Shown piece after piece: positions 30,104-40,180 of a DNA stretch of 64,000 nt. The position numbers were made by a program, and so were the translations under genes. Below the pieces are notes generated by a model. It did no database searches. It saw nothing but the letters and a program-made list of their open reading frames with translations, and had not been told where the DNA came from. The stretch lies in the NCBI GenBank assembly GCA_963735805.1, contig CAVTMK010000004.1, positions 96,001-160,000 of the forward strand, read 5' to 3'. Source of the DNA: an uncultured Verrucomicrobiae bacterium. Lineage in GTDB: Bacteria; Verrucomicrobiota; Verrucomicrobiia; Chthoniobacterales; UBA10450. Positions within the stretch are counted from its first letter, which is position 1, and each line of letters opens with the position of its first letter.

Positions 30104-30730
30104 GTGAGTGCCCTGTTTTTCAAGCAGTTTTTGAAACGTCCGTTTCAGATCGCGTCAATCGTCCCAAGTTCCAAGGCGCTGGTCGAACGTGTGGCCAGCA
30201 AGATGGATTTTAACCAGCCACGCGTGATTGCCGAGTACGGGCCGGGCGAAGGAGTGCATTCGCGCGAGATTGCACGACGGATGTGTCCGGATTCGAATCT
30301 CCTTTTGTTCGAGTTGGACCGGGCGTTCGCGCGCGATTTGGAACGGCAGTTTGCCGGCGACCAGCGTGTGCGTGTGATCCATGGCGATGCGGCATCGTTG
30401 CCGCACGAACTGAAAAGTCGGGGCATCGACTCCTGCGACTATATTCTTTCAGGTATTCCGTTCAGCATCCTTAAAGTTGAGAAGAAACGGGCGTTGTTGC
30501 AAAAAACACATGACGCGCTAGCGCCTGGTGGCAGCTTTATCATCTATCAAGTCACGAACGAATTGAGGCAGCATGCAACGCTGTTCGAGCACACCGAGTC
30601 GGAGTACTTCCTGCAGAACATACCGCCGATGTTCATCACTGTTTTTCAGAAGGCGGATCCGCAGGACGACCACCAATGTGGGACCCTGCGAGGCGCGAAC
30701 TTCAGCATTAGCGCAGATCGTTCGGCATGA
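30104..30730 (+). CDS. Class I SAM methyltransferase (phospholipid N-methyltransferase PmtA-like)
   Basis: IASIVPSS, EYGPGEG, ILSGIPF, NIPP. Confidence 0.75.
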   Translation: MSALFFKQFLKRPFQIASIVPSSKALVERVASKMDFNQPRVIAEYGPGEGVHSREIARRMCPDSNLLLFELDRAFARDLERQFAGDQRVRVIHGDAASLPHELKSRGIDSCDYILSGIPFSILKVEKKRALLQKTHDALAPGGSFIIYQVTNELRQHATLFEHTESEYFLQNIPPMFITVFQKADPQDDHQCGTLRGANFSISADRSA

Positions 30731-32136
30731 CGGAAAAGCCGACCCGGACAGAAAAAGATTCGATGGGCGAGATGACGCTTCCTGCGTCTGCTCTTCACGG
30801 CGCATCGACTCACCGCGCCGTGCTAAATTTTCCGGTGAGCGGGTATCGGTTTTCTCGACCTTTCATTCGCGCTCTTGGTTTAATCAAAGGGGCTGCCGCG
30901 CAGGCGAATCACGATCTCGGTCTGCTTGATGCGGAGCGTTCCGCACTGATCGTCCAGGCGGCCGAAGAGGTTGTTGAAGGAAAACTCGACGACCATTTTC
31001 CCCTGGATATTTTTCAGACCGGCTCGGGCACGAGCACAAACACCAACGCAAACGAAGTCATCGCGAATCGGTGCGCCCAACTCGCAGGCAAGCCAATCGG
31101 GTCGCGTGAGCATGTTCATCCGAACGATCACGTGAACATGGGACAATCAAGTAACGACGTCATTCCTTCAGCGATCCACATCAGCGCGGCCGAAGAGTTG
31201 AAGAATTCCCTGATCCCGGCTCTGGCAAAATTGCACGCTGCACTTGAGGCCAAAGCGAAGGAATTCTGGAATGTCATAAAGATTGGGCGAACCCATTTGA
31301 TGGATGCCACGCCAGTTCGCCTGGGGCAGGAATTCTCCGGCTACGCCCAACAGATAGCTTACGCCAAAGAACGCGCACAGAAATCAATCGATGTTTTGCG
31401 TGAATTGGCGCTTGGCGGAACTGCGGTGGGCACCGGCCTGAATCGTCATGTTAACCTTCCGGAAAAAATGCTGCGCCACTTGGAGCAACGCACGGGCATC
31501 GCGTTTTACGAGGCAAAAGATCACTTTGAAGCGCAAGGCGGAAAGGACGCGGTCGTTGAAGTCAGCGGTCACTTGAAAACGATTGCAGTCAGTTTGTTTA
31601 AGATTGCGAACGACATCCGCTGGCTCGGGAGCGGCCCCCGCTGCGGGATCGGCGAAATCCAACTTCCGGCAACGCAACCCGGCAGCTCCATCATGCCCGG
31701 AAAAGTGAACCCAGTGATGTGCGAAGCAGTGATGATGGTCTGCGCGCAAGTGATCGGCAACGACGCCACTATTACCTGGGCCGGGGCAAATGGAAACTTC
31801 GAGCTCAACGTCATGATGCCAGTGATGGGACATAATGTTCTCGAGTCGATCCGGCTGCTGGCGAATGTGGTCGATGTTTTCTGCGATAAATGTGTCCGCG
31901 GGATTGTCGCGAATGAAGAGCGATGCCGCGAGTTGATCGAGTTATCTATGGCAATGGTAACGAGCCTTGCGCCCAAGATCGGCTACGATCGTGCCGCTGA
32001 AATAGCGAAGGAGAGCGCGAGAACCGGCCGGACCGTGCGCGAAATCGCCCGCGAAAAAAGAGTCTTGCCCGAAAAAGAACTGGAGCGCGCTCTCGATCCG
32101 GTCAAAATGACCGAGCCAGCCGGCAAAGAAGCTTAG
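30727..32136 (+). CDS. fumC: Class II fumarate hydratase
   Basis: QTGSGT, HPNDHVNMGQSSND, GRTHLMDATP, GSSIMPGKVNP. Confidence 0.95.
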   Translation: MTEKPTRTEKDSMGEMTLPASALHGASTHRAVLNFPVSGYRFSRPFIRALGLIKGAAAQANHDLGLLDAERSALIVQAAEEVVEGKLDDHFPLDIFQTGSGTSTNTNANEVIANRCAQLAGKPIGSREHVHPNDHVNMGQSSNDVIPSAIHISAAEELKNSLIPALAKLHAALEAKAKEFWNVIKIGRTHLMDATPVRLGQEFSGYAQQIAYAKERAQKSIDVLRELALGGTAVGTGLNRHVNLPEKMLRHLEQRTGIAFYEAKDHFEAQGGKDAVVEVSGHLKTIAVSLFKIANDIRWLGSGPRCGIGEIQLPATQPGSSIMPGKVNPVMCEAVMMVCAQVIGNDATITWAGANGNFELNVMMPVMGHNVLESIRLLANVVDVFCDKCVRGIVANEERCRELIELSMAMVTSLAPKIGYDRAAEIAKESARTGRTVREIAREKRVLPEKELERALDPVKMTEPAGKEA

Positions 32137-32159
32137 GTTTACTGTTCCGACGGCAGACA

Positions 32160-32534
32160 ATGGTTGCAAAACTCGAAGGCCCGCAATTCTCCGGCGGAGC
32201 GAACATAGCGATCAAATGCCCCGGCCACATTTATGACCAGACCGTCTCCTTTTATCGTGACACCCTCGGGCTGCCTTTGATCGAGGAAGAAAAAGATGGC
32301 TGCATTTTCCAGTTCGGCCCAAATCGGCTGTGGATCGATAAGGTACCGAACCTAAGTCATCCGGACATCTGGCTGGAGTTGGAAACAAACGACACCGAAG
32401 CTGCCGCGTCTTTTTTGAAAGTGCATGGCGTGACACGGTGCGACGAAGTTGAGCAACTCAGCGAGGATTTCAACGGCTTCTTTGTTTCTGCGCCGAGCGG
32501 CGTGATCCATCTCGTCGTCGGGCCCGAGCCTTAG
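32160..32534 (+). CDS. VOC/glyoxalase family protein
   Basis: FYRDTLGL and beta-alpha-beta-beta-beta pattern. Confidence 0.6.
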   Translation: MVAKLEGPQFSGGANIAIKCPGHIYDQTVSFYRDTLGLPLIEEEKDGCIFQFGPNRLWIDKVPNLSHPDIWLELETNDTEAAASFLKVHGVTRCDEVEQLSEDFNGFFVSAPSGVIHLVVGPEP

Positions 32535-32602
32535 GCAAATGTAAACATCAACATCGTTACAACGGTGTTGTTTTTAGCCTCTAACGCTTTTGGTGAATAA
32601 CT

Positions 32603-33802
32603 TCAGTGTTGAGCGCCACGCCATCGTCCGACCCATGTGCTCCAACCGTAAAAGCCAAGTGGTTCTAAACTACCCGCCGCGGCTAGCGCATCGACGTCGG
32701 AACGGCTCGGTGTAATTTTTGCGTTCGAATCGGTACCGTAATAATCGTCGATTACCATCCAACAATCTTCGTCAAGCCTGTCACGGTAACACTGAATGTC
32801 ACGTTGTTTCGCAGCATCTGCGTCGAGAATTAATAGTCCGATTTTGTCCGACCCCAGCGCTGCGTTGACTGCGCGTTTTGTTGCGGCGTCAAAGGAACGG
32901 CCCTTGATAAGAGTGACCATTTCCGATACGCCTTGCTTGGCGAGATTCCGTTCCAGATCGCGGAAAATATTGCGCGTACCGAGCCGCTTGTGTTTGATGC
33001 TGCCGCCGGGTTCAATGGCAATGAGCTTCTTCGGTACTCCCGAATCGCGTATGCCAAATGCCGCAGCGATCGTGGCTCCTCCAACGAAAGCGCCGATCTC
33101 AAGAATGTTGCCAGAGCAAATTTTGGCGAAGTGGTAAATAAGAATCAAAACGTCCAGGTGCAACATGGAATATTTGTCCCGGATCTTCAGCAGTTTGGAA
33201 TGAATTGCCTCGTGCCGATACTGCATCAGCAAGTACATGAGGTTGAGGTTATCGCCAAGTTGGCTGGTGACTTGGGATTGCACCGACGACCTCGCGATCG
33301 GCTTGAAGCGCGCCGGACAATGCCGCCCCATGGCCACGAGGTCGTGATCGACGCCATCGAGTCGCGCGACAGAAGGAAAAAAACCCCATCGCTCGAAGCC
33401 AAGACGCTGAAACAACGTCAAGCTTGGCTCGTTATGCCCGAATATCAGACCGATCAGGGCCGTGATACCCAGCGACGGGGCGCTGGCAATCGCCTGTTCC
33501 AACAGTCGACGACCCACGCCGCGATGCCGGAATTTTTCATCGACGTAAACACTGATCTCGGCTGTGCCGCGATACGCACAGCGTGGCAGGAATTTTTTGA
33601 AATCCAGCCAACCGATCACACAACCTTCCGACTCTGCAACCCAGAAGGGATATTGCCCCGGCGAATGTTCGCTGAACCACGGCAACCGCGCTTCGACTGT
33701 GGTCGGTTCTAGCTCGGCCGTCACCAGGCGTGTCGGCACAGTGGCATTATAAATCTGCACGATGGCCGGCAAATCCGCCTCCAGAGCATCACGGATAATC
33801 AT
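32603..33802 (-). CDS. GNAT N-acetyltransferase (PAT/YncA-like) fused to a class I SAM methyltransferase
   Basis: N-half IIRDALEADLPAIVQIYN...EISVYV...RHRGVG...NEPS; C-half ILEIGAFVG...LILDAD...VIDDY. Confidence 0.75.
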   Translation of the reverse strand: MIIRDALEADLPAIVQIYNATVPTRLVTAELEPTTVEARLPWFSEHSPGQYPFWVAESEGCVIGWLDFKKFLPRCAYRGTAEISVYVDEKFRHRGVGRRLLEQAIASAPSLGITALIGLIFGHNEPSLTLFQRLGFERWGFFPSVARLDGVDHDLVAMGRHCPARFKPIARSSVQSQVTSQLGDNLNLMYLLMQYRHEAIHSKLLKIRDKYSMLHLDVLILIYHFAKICSGNILEIGAFVGGATIAAAFGIRDSGVPKKLIAIEPGGSIKHKRLGTRNIFRDLERNLAKQGVSEMVTLIKGRSFDAATKRAVNAALGSDKIGLLILDADAAKQRDIQCYRDRLDEDCWMVIDDYYGTDSNAKITPSRSDVDALAAAGSLEPLGFYGWSTWVGRWRGAQH

Positions 33803-33863
33803 TTTGCACGAGGACACTTTTGCGCTGCCGGCAGGTTTTGACAGCCTCCGCACGTATTCGTCT

Positions 33864-35294
33864 TCACGGCTTACGTTTCTTACTGGGGCTTGGGGTTACG
33901 GACGGTGAACTCGCCGGCGTACGCACCGAATCGGTCGCGATACTCGCTGCCGGACTGGGACTGGAAATGGGAAATGCAAATGCAGGCGACGCCAAGGCAG
34001 ACGATGTAGTTGATGCGGTTGGCGTCGGAGACGGTGTCCCGCCTACGGGAGAAGAGCTCGGCGCTGGAGTGGGAGTAGGCGACGGCGGGATGATATTTTC
34101 CCAGTGATGCAGAGCTACATTCGCGCCGCCGATTTCTTTTACTAACGCTTCGCAGCGCGCCTGAAGTTTTTCCAAATCCAGAGGGCCAAATGGTTTGTCA
34201 GCGGTTTCGGGAAAGATCAGATACGTTACCTTGAGATCGCTTACCGGGCGATTGTAAGGCGTCGAAAGCGTGTTGATCTCTTTTGCAATTCGCAACGATG
34301 CCTCGCCGACTTTGTCGTTTGGCCCGATATCGCCGACGAGGGCCGGGTAAACCGAGTTACCAAAAATCACCAGCGCGTAGTCGCCGGGTTTGATCGGGTC
34401 GCTTCCGTGCATAAATGCACCCGGCACCACAATAAACGGATCGGTCGCACCGATCAGAAAACTGTACTTTTTTAACGTTCCGATTTCCGCACGCAACTGT
34501 GCGATCACGTTGCGCAAATCACGTTTGCGGGAAGCAGTTGTGGTTGAAAGAGCTAGCTCAGTTTCTGCGCGTCTCAATGCGTCTTCATTGCCCGCGAGGT
34601 ATGGATTAGGCGCGGACGTTTTCTTGAGCCACCGATAACTGGTGGACGGCTTGAAATTTGTCGGCGACCCAGTGCCGATCGGCATTCGATCCGCGTCAGA
34701 GCCATCCGCGTCGACATCCATGTCCGCCTGGACCAGGAGCGCTTTTCGGTGTGTTTCAGGATGCTGAAGCTGCAACACAGTTTGGCAATCGAAAAAGTTA
34801 TGCCGCGAGAGAAGCAAATCGAGGCGAGCCAGCTTTTCACGTAGCATTCTGACTTTTGTATCGTAAAGCTGAGCGTAGAGCGGCGAAACTGGATCGGGTG
34901 CCAGCATGGTCGCCAATCCGGGCAAAAGCGTCGGTAATTGGGGACTGACTTTGGCCAACTCTTCAAGGGTTTTGTTCGGCGAAGGTACGCGTGCCTTCAA
35001 TTTTAGGTCGAGCACATAGCTGTCTGGCTCGACACGCTCGGTCATCGCATCGGCACCGGTTGACGTCTCGACGGTTGAATGGAGTGTGATGCCGTTGAAC
35101 AATTTGCCGGTATCCAGTTTCCCGGTGATCAGGGCCTGTGGTGTGGGGCTGGGTGTCGGGGTCACGATCACTTCCACCGGCGCAACGTGCTGCAGGCGCT
35201 CGAGCGACACCCAGCGGTAAACAATGGCCGCGAATAGAGCGCCGAAAATCACCAGCACCAGCCGCCGCCACGTCCGCAGACGAATTGTTCCCAC
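33864..35294 (-). CDS. Glycoside hydrolase family 75 (chitosanase-like) membrane-anchored protein
   Basis: ADMDVDADG and GDIGP...GEASL motifs; N-terminal TM; Pro/Ser/Thr tail. Confidence 0.7.
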   Translation of the reverse strand: MGTIRLRTWRRLVLVIFGALFAAIVYRWVSLERLQHVAPVEVIVTPTPSPTPQALITGKLDTGKLFNGITLHSTVETSTGADAMTERVEPDSYVLDLKLKARVPSPNKTLEELAKVSPQLPTLLPGLATMLAPDPVSPLYAQLYDTKVRMLREKLARLDLLLSRHNFFDCQTVLQLQHPETHRKALLVQADMDVDADGSDADRMPIGTGSPTNFKPSTSYRWLKKTSAPNPYLAGNEDALRRAETELALSTTTASRKRDLRNVIAQLRAEIGTLKKYSFLIGATDPFIVVPGAFMHGSDPIKPGDYALVIFGNSVYPALVGDIGPNDKVGEASLRIAKEINTLSTPYNRPVSDLKVTYLIFPETADKPFGPLDLEKLQARCEALVKEIGGANVALHHWENIIPPSPTPTPAPSSSPVGGTPSPTPTASTTSSALASPAFAFPISSPSPAASIATDSVRTPASSPSVTPSPSKKRKP

Positions 35295-35298
35295 GCGA

Positions 35299-35616
35299 TT
35301 ATTTTTTTACCCAGGCAACAATTACCGCGATGATCCCAATCACACTCAGGATCGACATCATCCCCGCAGGCATGACTCTTCCCGTTCGTATGAATTTGGG
35401 GACGAACTGTGCGGCGAGCAAAAGCGAGACGATAAGTGCGGTTGCCAACCCGATTGTGTGGTGTTCCGGAAGCAGGAATGCGGCTACAATTAGCAGCACC
35501 CCTGTGATTGCTCCGGCAATAATTGACGCGGCGCTGCCTGCTTTTACGTAACCAACGACTCCCCCGGCGATCGTCAAAATACCGAAAACAAGAAGATAAA
35601 TTTTCGCTGCTTCCAT
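35299..35616 (-). CDS. TMEM14 family membrane protein
   Basis: GGVVGYVKAGSAASIIAG...RVMPAG. Confidence 0.85.
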   Translation of the reverse strand: MEAAKIYLLVFGILTIAGGVVGYVKAGSAASIIAGAITGVLLIVAAFLLPEHHTIGLATALIVSLLLAAQFVPKFIRTGRVMPAGMMSILSVIGIIAVIVAWVKK

Positions 35617-35747
35617 TTAACTACGACTGGCGCATTGGTAAGCCAACAGCTCTGCGCTGTCCAGTGGTCGTTGCAATGACGTGTCGGTCGGATCGGTGAC
35701 TAGCCCATTCCTTAAGCCGCGAAGGCAGATTCCGGCTACAGCAGATG

Positions 35748-35960
35748 CTATGTAGCGTCATTATAAAATTCAATCTGCCGCCCCCCGAGACGACGTATCA
35801 CGCGCCAGCCGTGACCTTTTGCAAACTCTCTAATGTCCGAGTCGGACATCTCTCGCAGAACTCGAAGCTCCGCAGATTGCGTCACCAGGTACTCAGGTTT
35901 GATCGACAGCATCCTCGCGATCTTTTCGGCGACAGCTGACAAATGTCCATGCATGGCCAT
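35748..35960 (-). CDS. Small hypothetical protein
   Basis: 70-aa ORF co-oriented with its neighbours; no recognisable motif. Confidence 0.45.
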   Translation of the reverse strand: MAMHGHLSAVAEKIARMLSIKPEYLVTQSAELRVLREMSDSDIREFAKGHGWRVIRRLGGRQIEFYNDAT

Positions 35961-36204
35961 TCCCTTCTAACGACTGGTCGCGCGATTCACGGCGTTGGCA
36001 ATTTTTTTCGCGAACAGGCGCGGTGACCGCTTCGATTTTCGACTTAAAACGTGGCCCAAGGCACAGTGCGCCTTACGAATTGGCGAAGGGCCGCGTGCGC
36101 TTGGTTTTTCCATATCAGCAGGGAAATTGAACCGGGGGGTGGGAAATGCGAACGGGCTTTCTTGCGCAACTGGCGCGCCCCTTCTGATTGGCTAGGTTTT
36201 GCAA

Positions 36205-37434
36205 ATGGTTTCGGAAACGATCGAGCTGCGTGGGCATATTATTGATTCCCTTATTTTGCCCAAGATTCTGGATCAAATTCTGACTCATGGCGCTACATTT
36301 AAGATCGGCGAGATCAGTATCGGGGAAAGACGTGCGGACCAGAGCTTCGCGCGGATTGAAGTGTCCGCGGAGACTAGCGAAGCGCTTGACGAACTGGTGC
36401 TGCGGCTTCGCCAGCATGGAGCCGAAGTGGTTGAACGTGCAAACGTACAACTCGCAAAGGCTCCCGCGGACGGAGTGTTTCCCAGCGATTTCTACGTTAC
36501 AACCAATCAGCAGACATTCGTTCGCTTTGGCAGTAAGGAACTCGAGGTGCGCCCTGCAATGATCAATAGCGCAATAGCGCTTGATCGAAAAAAAGGAACT
36601 GCCCGGGCAGTCAAATTCTTTGACGTTAACAAGGGAGACGAAATCGTGGTCGGTCACCAAGGAATACGCGTGGTACCCTTGCAGCGTTCAACGACGCACA
36701 CCGATCTCTTTCAATTCATTAATACGATTGTTGATGCCGACGAACCAAAATCAGCCATCGTTCGCGAATTAGGTGAGGAGTTACGGCGAGCACACGCAGC
36801 GGAAGGCAAAATCGCGATTGTTGCCGGGCCTGCGATTGTGCGAACCGGCGCGGGTCATCATTTGGTTCGCCTGATTGAACGGGGTTTTGTTAATCGTCTT
36901 TTCGCCGGAAATTCATTTGCGGCATACGATGTAGAGCGCGCCCTATACGGCACCTCGTTGGGAGTGAGCCCCGACCTTGCCTTTGCGCGAGGTGGACATG
37001 AGAACCATCTGCGCGCCATCAATACCATTCGCGAGGCCGGTGGAATTAGTGCCGCCGTTCGGAAAAAAATCCTCTCGTGCGGCGTCATGCATGCCTGCGT
37101 CCGCCACGGCGTAGACATTGTACTGACTGGAGCGATTCGTGATGAGGGACCGGTTCCCGGCGTCATAACAGACGTAATTGAGGCCCAAAAAATCATGCGA
37201 CAGAAGCTCGCCGATGTAACTCATGTGATGCTGCTGGCCGCGGTCCAGCGTTCGCTCGCAGTGGCCAGCATGCTCGCGCCCACTGCAAAAACAGTATGTG
37301 TCGACATCGATCCTACCGCGGTGGAAAGAGCGGTTGAACATCAGCCCCTACAATCGATCGGCCTGGTCACGGACGTGGAACCGTTTCTGCAGGAGCTGGC
37401 TGATTATCTTACTGAGTCTCGCGTTCGCGAGTAG
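36205..37434 (+). CDS. TIGR00300/LOR-SDH family protein (ArgZ C-terminal ornithine cyclodeaminase-like), divergent
   Basis: ELRGHIIDS, APADGVFPSDFY, GPAIVRTG, IRDEGPVP, VCVDI, GLVTDV. Confidence 0.8.
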   Translation: MVSETIELRGHIIDSLILPKILDQILTHGATFKIGEISIGERRADQSFARIEVSAETSEALDELVLRLRQHGAEVVERANVQLAKAPADGVFPSDFYVTTNQQTFVRFGSKELEVRPAMINSAIALDRKKGTARAVKFFDVNKGDEIVVGHQGIRVVPLQRSTTHTDLFQFINTIVDADEPKSAIVRELGEELRRAHAAEGKIAIVAGPAIVRTGAGHHLVRLIERGFVNRLFAGNSFAAYDVERALYGTSLGVSPDLAFARGGHENHLRAINTIREAGGISAAVRKKILSCGVMHACVRHGVDIVLTGAIRDEGPVPGVITDVIEAQKIMRQKLADVTHVMLLAAVQRSLAVASMLAPTAKTVCVDIDPTAVERAVEHQPLQSIGLVTDVEPFLQELADYLTESRVRE

Positions 37435-37445
37435 CTTCGAACGTT

Positions 37446-38252
37446 ATGCGCGAATTGCTTCTCTGTCCGCCCAATCACTACGGCATCGAGTACGAGATCA
37501 ATCCCTGGATGAGCCGTGCACGCGGCGCTGAGGTGGCCTTGGCGCAAAAGCAGTGGGAACAATTACACGCGGCACTTTCAAACTTGGATTGTGAGGTCCA
37601 TTTGATTAAGCCGCAACCGGGACTTCCCGATATGGTCTTTACGGCCAACGCTGGACTAACGGTTGGCCGCAAATTCATTCCCAGCAATTTCCGTCACAAA
37701 GAGCGTGCCGGCGAGCAGCCGTTTTTCGCGAAATGGATGGAAGAACGCTGTTATGACGTGAAGTGGTTGCCGGAGAACCTCTATTTCGAGGGCGAAGGCG
37801 ATGCTCTCTTCGGTGGCGACGCGCTTTTTTGCGGCTACAAATTTCGTTCGGACATTCAATCTCATCGTGCCTTGGCTGACATTCTTGGCTGTCTCGTCAT
37901 CTCGGTAGAACTGGTCGATCCGCGCTTTTATCATCTGGACACCTGCTTTTGCCCACTGCCGGATGGAGCGGCGTTTTGGTTTCCGTCTGCCTTCGATGAT
38001 TACGGCCAGCGCGCAATTCGCGAACATGTCACCGATTTGATTGATGTTTTGCCGGAGGAAGCGACGCACTTTTCATGCAACGCGGTTATCATCGAACGCG
38101 ACATTGTCCTACCTGAAGGTGCACCGCGCCTCGTCGCGACGTTGCAAGACCGCGGCTATCGCTGTCACCAACTGCCGATGAGCGAATTCATCAAAGCCGG
38201 CGGGGCCTGCAAATGTCTCACCATGTTTATGCCCCAGAGAGAAAAGTGTTGA
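37446..38252 (+). CDS. Amidinotransferase-superfamily hydrolase (ArgZ arginine dihydrolase domain-like)
   Basis: YEINPWM, PDMVFTANAG, FEGEGD, FYHLDTCF, GGACKCLT. Confidence 0.85.
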   Translation: MRELLLCPPNHYGIEYEINPWMSRARGAEVALAQKQWEQLHAALSNLDCEVHLIKPQPGLPDMVFTANAGLTVGRKFIPSNFRHKERAGEQPFFAKWMEERCYDVKWLPENLYFEGEGDALFGGDALFCGYKFRSDIQSHRALADILGCLVISVELVDPRFYHLDTCFCPLPDGAAFWFPSAFDDYGQRAIREHVTDLIDVLPEEATHFSCNAVIIERDIVLPEGAPRLVATLQDRGYRCHQLPMSEFIKAGGACKCLTMFMPQREKC

Positions 38253-38299
38253 GCTTTAGGTTTTAAGCGATGAGTAACGTTTCGCCTAAAACTCAAAAG

Positions 38300-40060
38300 T
38301 TAAGACTTCCCGCGCTTCGCCTGTAGCGCCCTCTCAATCTTGGCAAGCGGTAGGCAATTCATTACATCTGCCTTAGTCAGCCAGCCTTTGCGCGCGATCC
38401 CGATTCCGAACCACAAATCTTGCAGTCGTTCCGTTCGATGCGCGTCCGGATTGATCACGCATTTCACTCCTTTTTGTTTCGCTAACGGCCACCAGCGCCA
38501 GTCGAGATCCAAGCGTTTCGGTGCGGCGTTAAGTTCAATCCATGTGCCTGTACGCACCGCCGCATCGAGAATTTTCGGGATATCAATTTGATAGGGATCT
38601 CGTTTCAGGAGCAATCGACCGGTGGGATGCGCCAGCATCGTAACGAACGGATTCTCCATTGCGCGGATCACACGACTGGTCATGTCCGTTTCACTCAAGT
38701 TGAAAACGGAATGAACAGACGCAACCACGTAATCGAGCTCTGACAAAACTTCGTCGGAAAAATCGAGCGAACCATCACGCAGAATATCGCATTCCACACC
38801 CGCAAAGAGACGAAAACCGCCCAACTTCTTATTTAAGGTCCGAATGCTGGTGAGTTGGGAGCGCAGCTTTGCTTCGTCGATTCCATGGGCCTGGGTCGAG
38901 CTACGGCTATGGTCTGCGATTCCGAGATACTCAAGTCCCAGATCTTGCGCAGCGTCCGCCATCTCCTCGATGGAATTGTGTCCGTCGCTTGCAGTGGTGT
39001 GACAATGAAAAGCACCGCGCAAGTTTTCCTTCTCAATCAATTTTGGCAGTGCATGGTTTTCGGCGGCTTCGAATTCACCCCAATTTTCCCGTAACTCGGC
39101 CGGAATAAAATCGAGATCGACCGCGCGATAGACGCCGGCTTCATCGTGCACCATTGGAATTTTCCTAATCGGCCTTTTCTTTTTCGCTTTCGGATCTACC
39201 GGGAGTGGAGCAAGTCGATATTCGTTGAGCGTCCAACCACGTTGCAGCGCACGGCCACGTAATTCGATGTTGTGTTCCTTGTTTCCGGTGAAATAAGCGA
39301 GCGCGAAAGGATACTCAGTCGTATTCACCACTCGCAGGTCGCACTGCACTCCCGATCGGAGTCGCACGCTCGATTTGGTGGGGCCTTGCGCAATAATCGA
39401 TTCTACCAGCGGATGGGAGACAAAAAATTTGGTGATGCTGTCTGGTTTCTTTGTCGCCACCAAAAGATCCAAATCGTGTACGATTTCTTTTCGCCGCCGA
39501 TAACTTCCAGCCAGATCGACCTGCAAAGCGTCGCTATGCGCCGCAAGATCAGACCGTAATGATTCCGCCTCCGATGCGACCTGCCCGAATTGGAACGAAC
39601 CGGCGTACGCGGCGCGTTTTGCAATGATGTCGCAAAGCTTTTGCTGGGTTGTTTCGCCAAAACCCGGCAATTCAGCGACACGCCCGGTTTCGCACGCCTT
39701 CTGCAACAGCTCGATGGAGCTGATTTGAAGTTTGTCGTGGAGAGCCTTGATCTTCTTAGCGCCAAGCCCCGGCAGTGAAAACAATTCGAAAATTCCGGGC
39801 GGGAATTCCGTGCTCAATTCCTGCAAATACTTTAGCGATCCGGTCGCCGCGAGTTCCTTGATCTTGAGAGCAATACTCTTCCCAATTCCTGGAATTTTCG
39901 AGAGCGCCTCTTCATCCTGAAAATTTGTCACATTCCCGCCAAAAGTTTCGATCGCACGCGCAGCATTTGTGTAAGCCCTAATTTTGAAAGGGTTTTCGTT
40001 CTTCAATTCAAGCAGCGTAGCGACTTGCTCCAACACGCCAGCGATTTCCTCTTTCGTCAT
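38300..40060 (-). CDS. polX: DNA polymerase X with PHP domain
   Basis: ENPFKIRAY, GSYRR, DLDLL, YFTG, HCHTTASDG, NPDAH. Confidence 0.92.
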   Translation of the reverse strand: MTKEEIAGVLEQVATLLELKNENPFKIRAYTNAARAIETFGGNVTNFQDEEALSKIPGIGKSIALKIKELAATGSLKYLQELSTEFPPGIFELFSLPGLGAKKIKALHDKLQISSIELLQKACETGRVAELPGFGETTQQKLCDIIAKRAAYAGSFQFGQVASEAESLRSDLAAHSDALQVDLAGSYRRRKEIVHDLDLLVATKKPDSITKFFVSHPLVESIIAQGPTKSSVRLRSGVQCDLRVVNTTEYPFALAYFTGNKEHNIELRGRALQRGWTLNEYRLAPLPVDPKAKKKRPIRKIPMVHDEAGVYRAVDLDFIPAELRENWGEFEAAENHALPKLIEKENLRGAFHCHTTASDGHNSIEEMADAAQDLGLEYLGIADHSRSSTQAHGIDEAKLRSQLTSIRTLNKKLGGFRLFAGVECDILRDGSLDFSDEVLSELDYVVASVHSVFNLSETDMTSRVIRAMENPFVTMLAHPTGRLLLKRDPYQIDIPKILDAAVRTGTWIELNAAPKRLDLDWRWWPLAKQKGVKCVINPDAHRTERLQDLWFGIGIARKGWLTKADVMNCLPLAKIERALQAKRGKS

Positions 40061-40180
40061 CAATAAAACGGTTAACCCAGATTGCTGCGTCGTCGATAGT
40101 CGAGTGACGACTCCACTACTGCCCGCCCCGAACAGGGTATATTGGCCGAACAATAAGAGCTTAAACCGAAGCGGCCGGTC

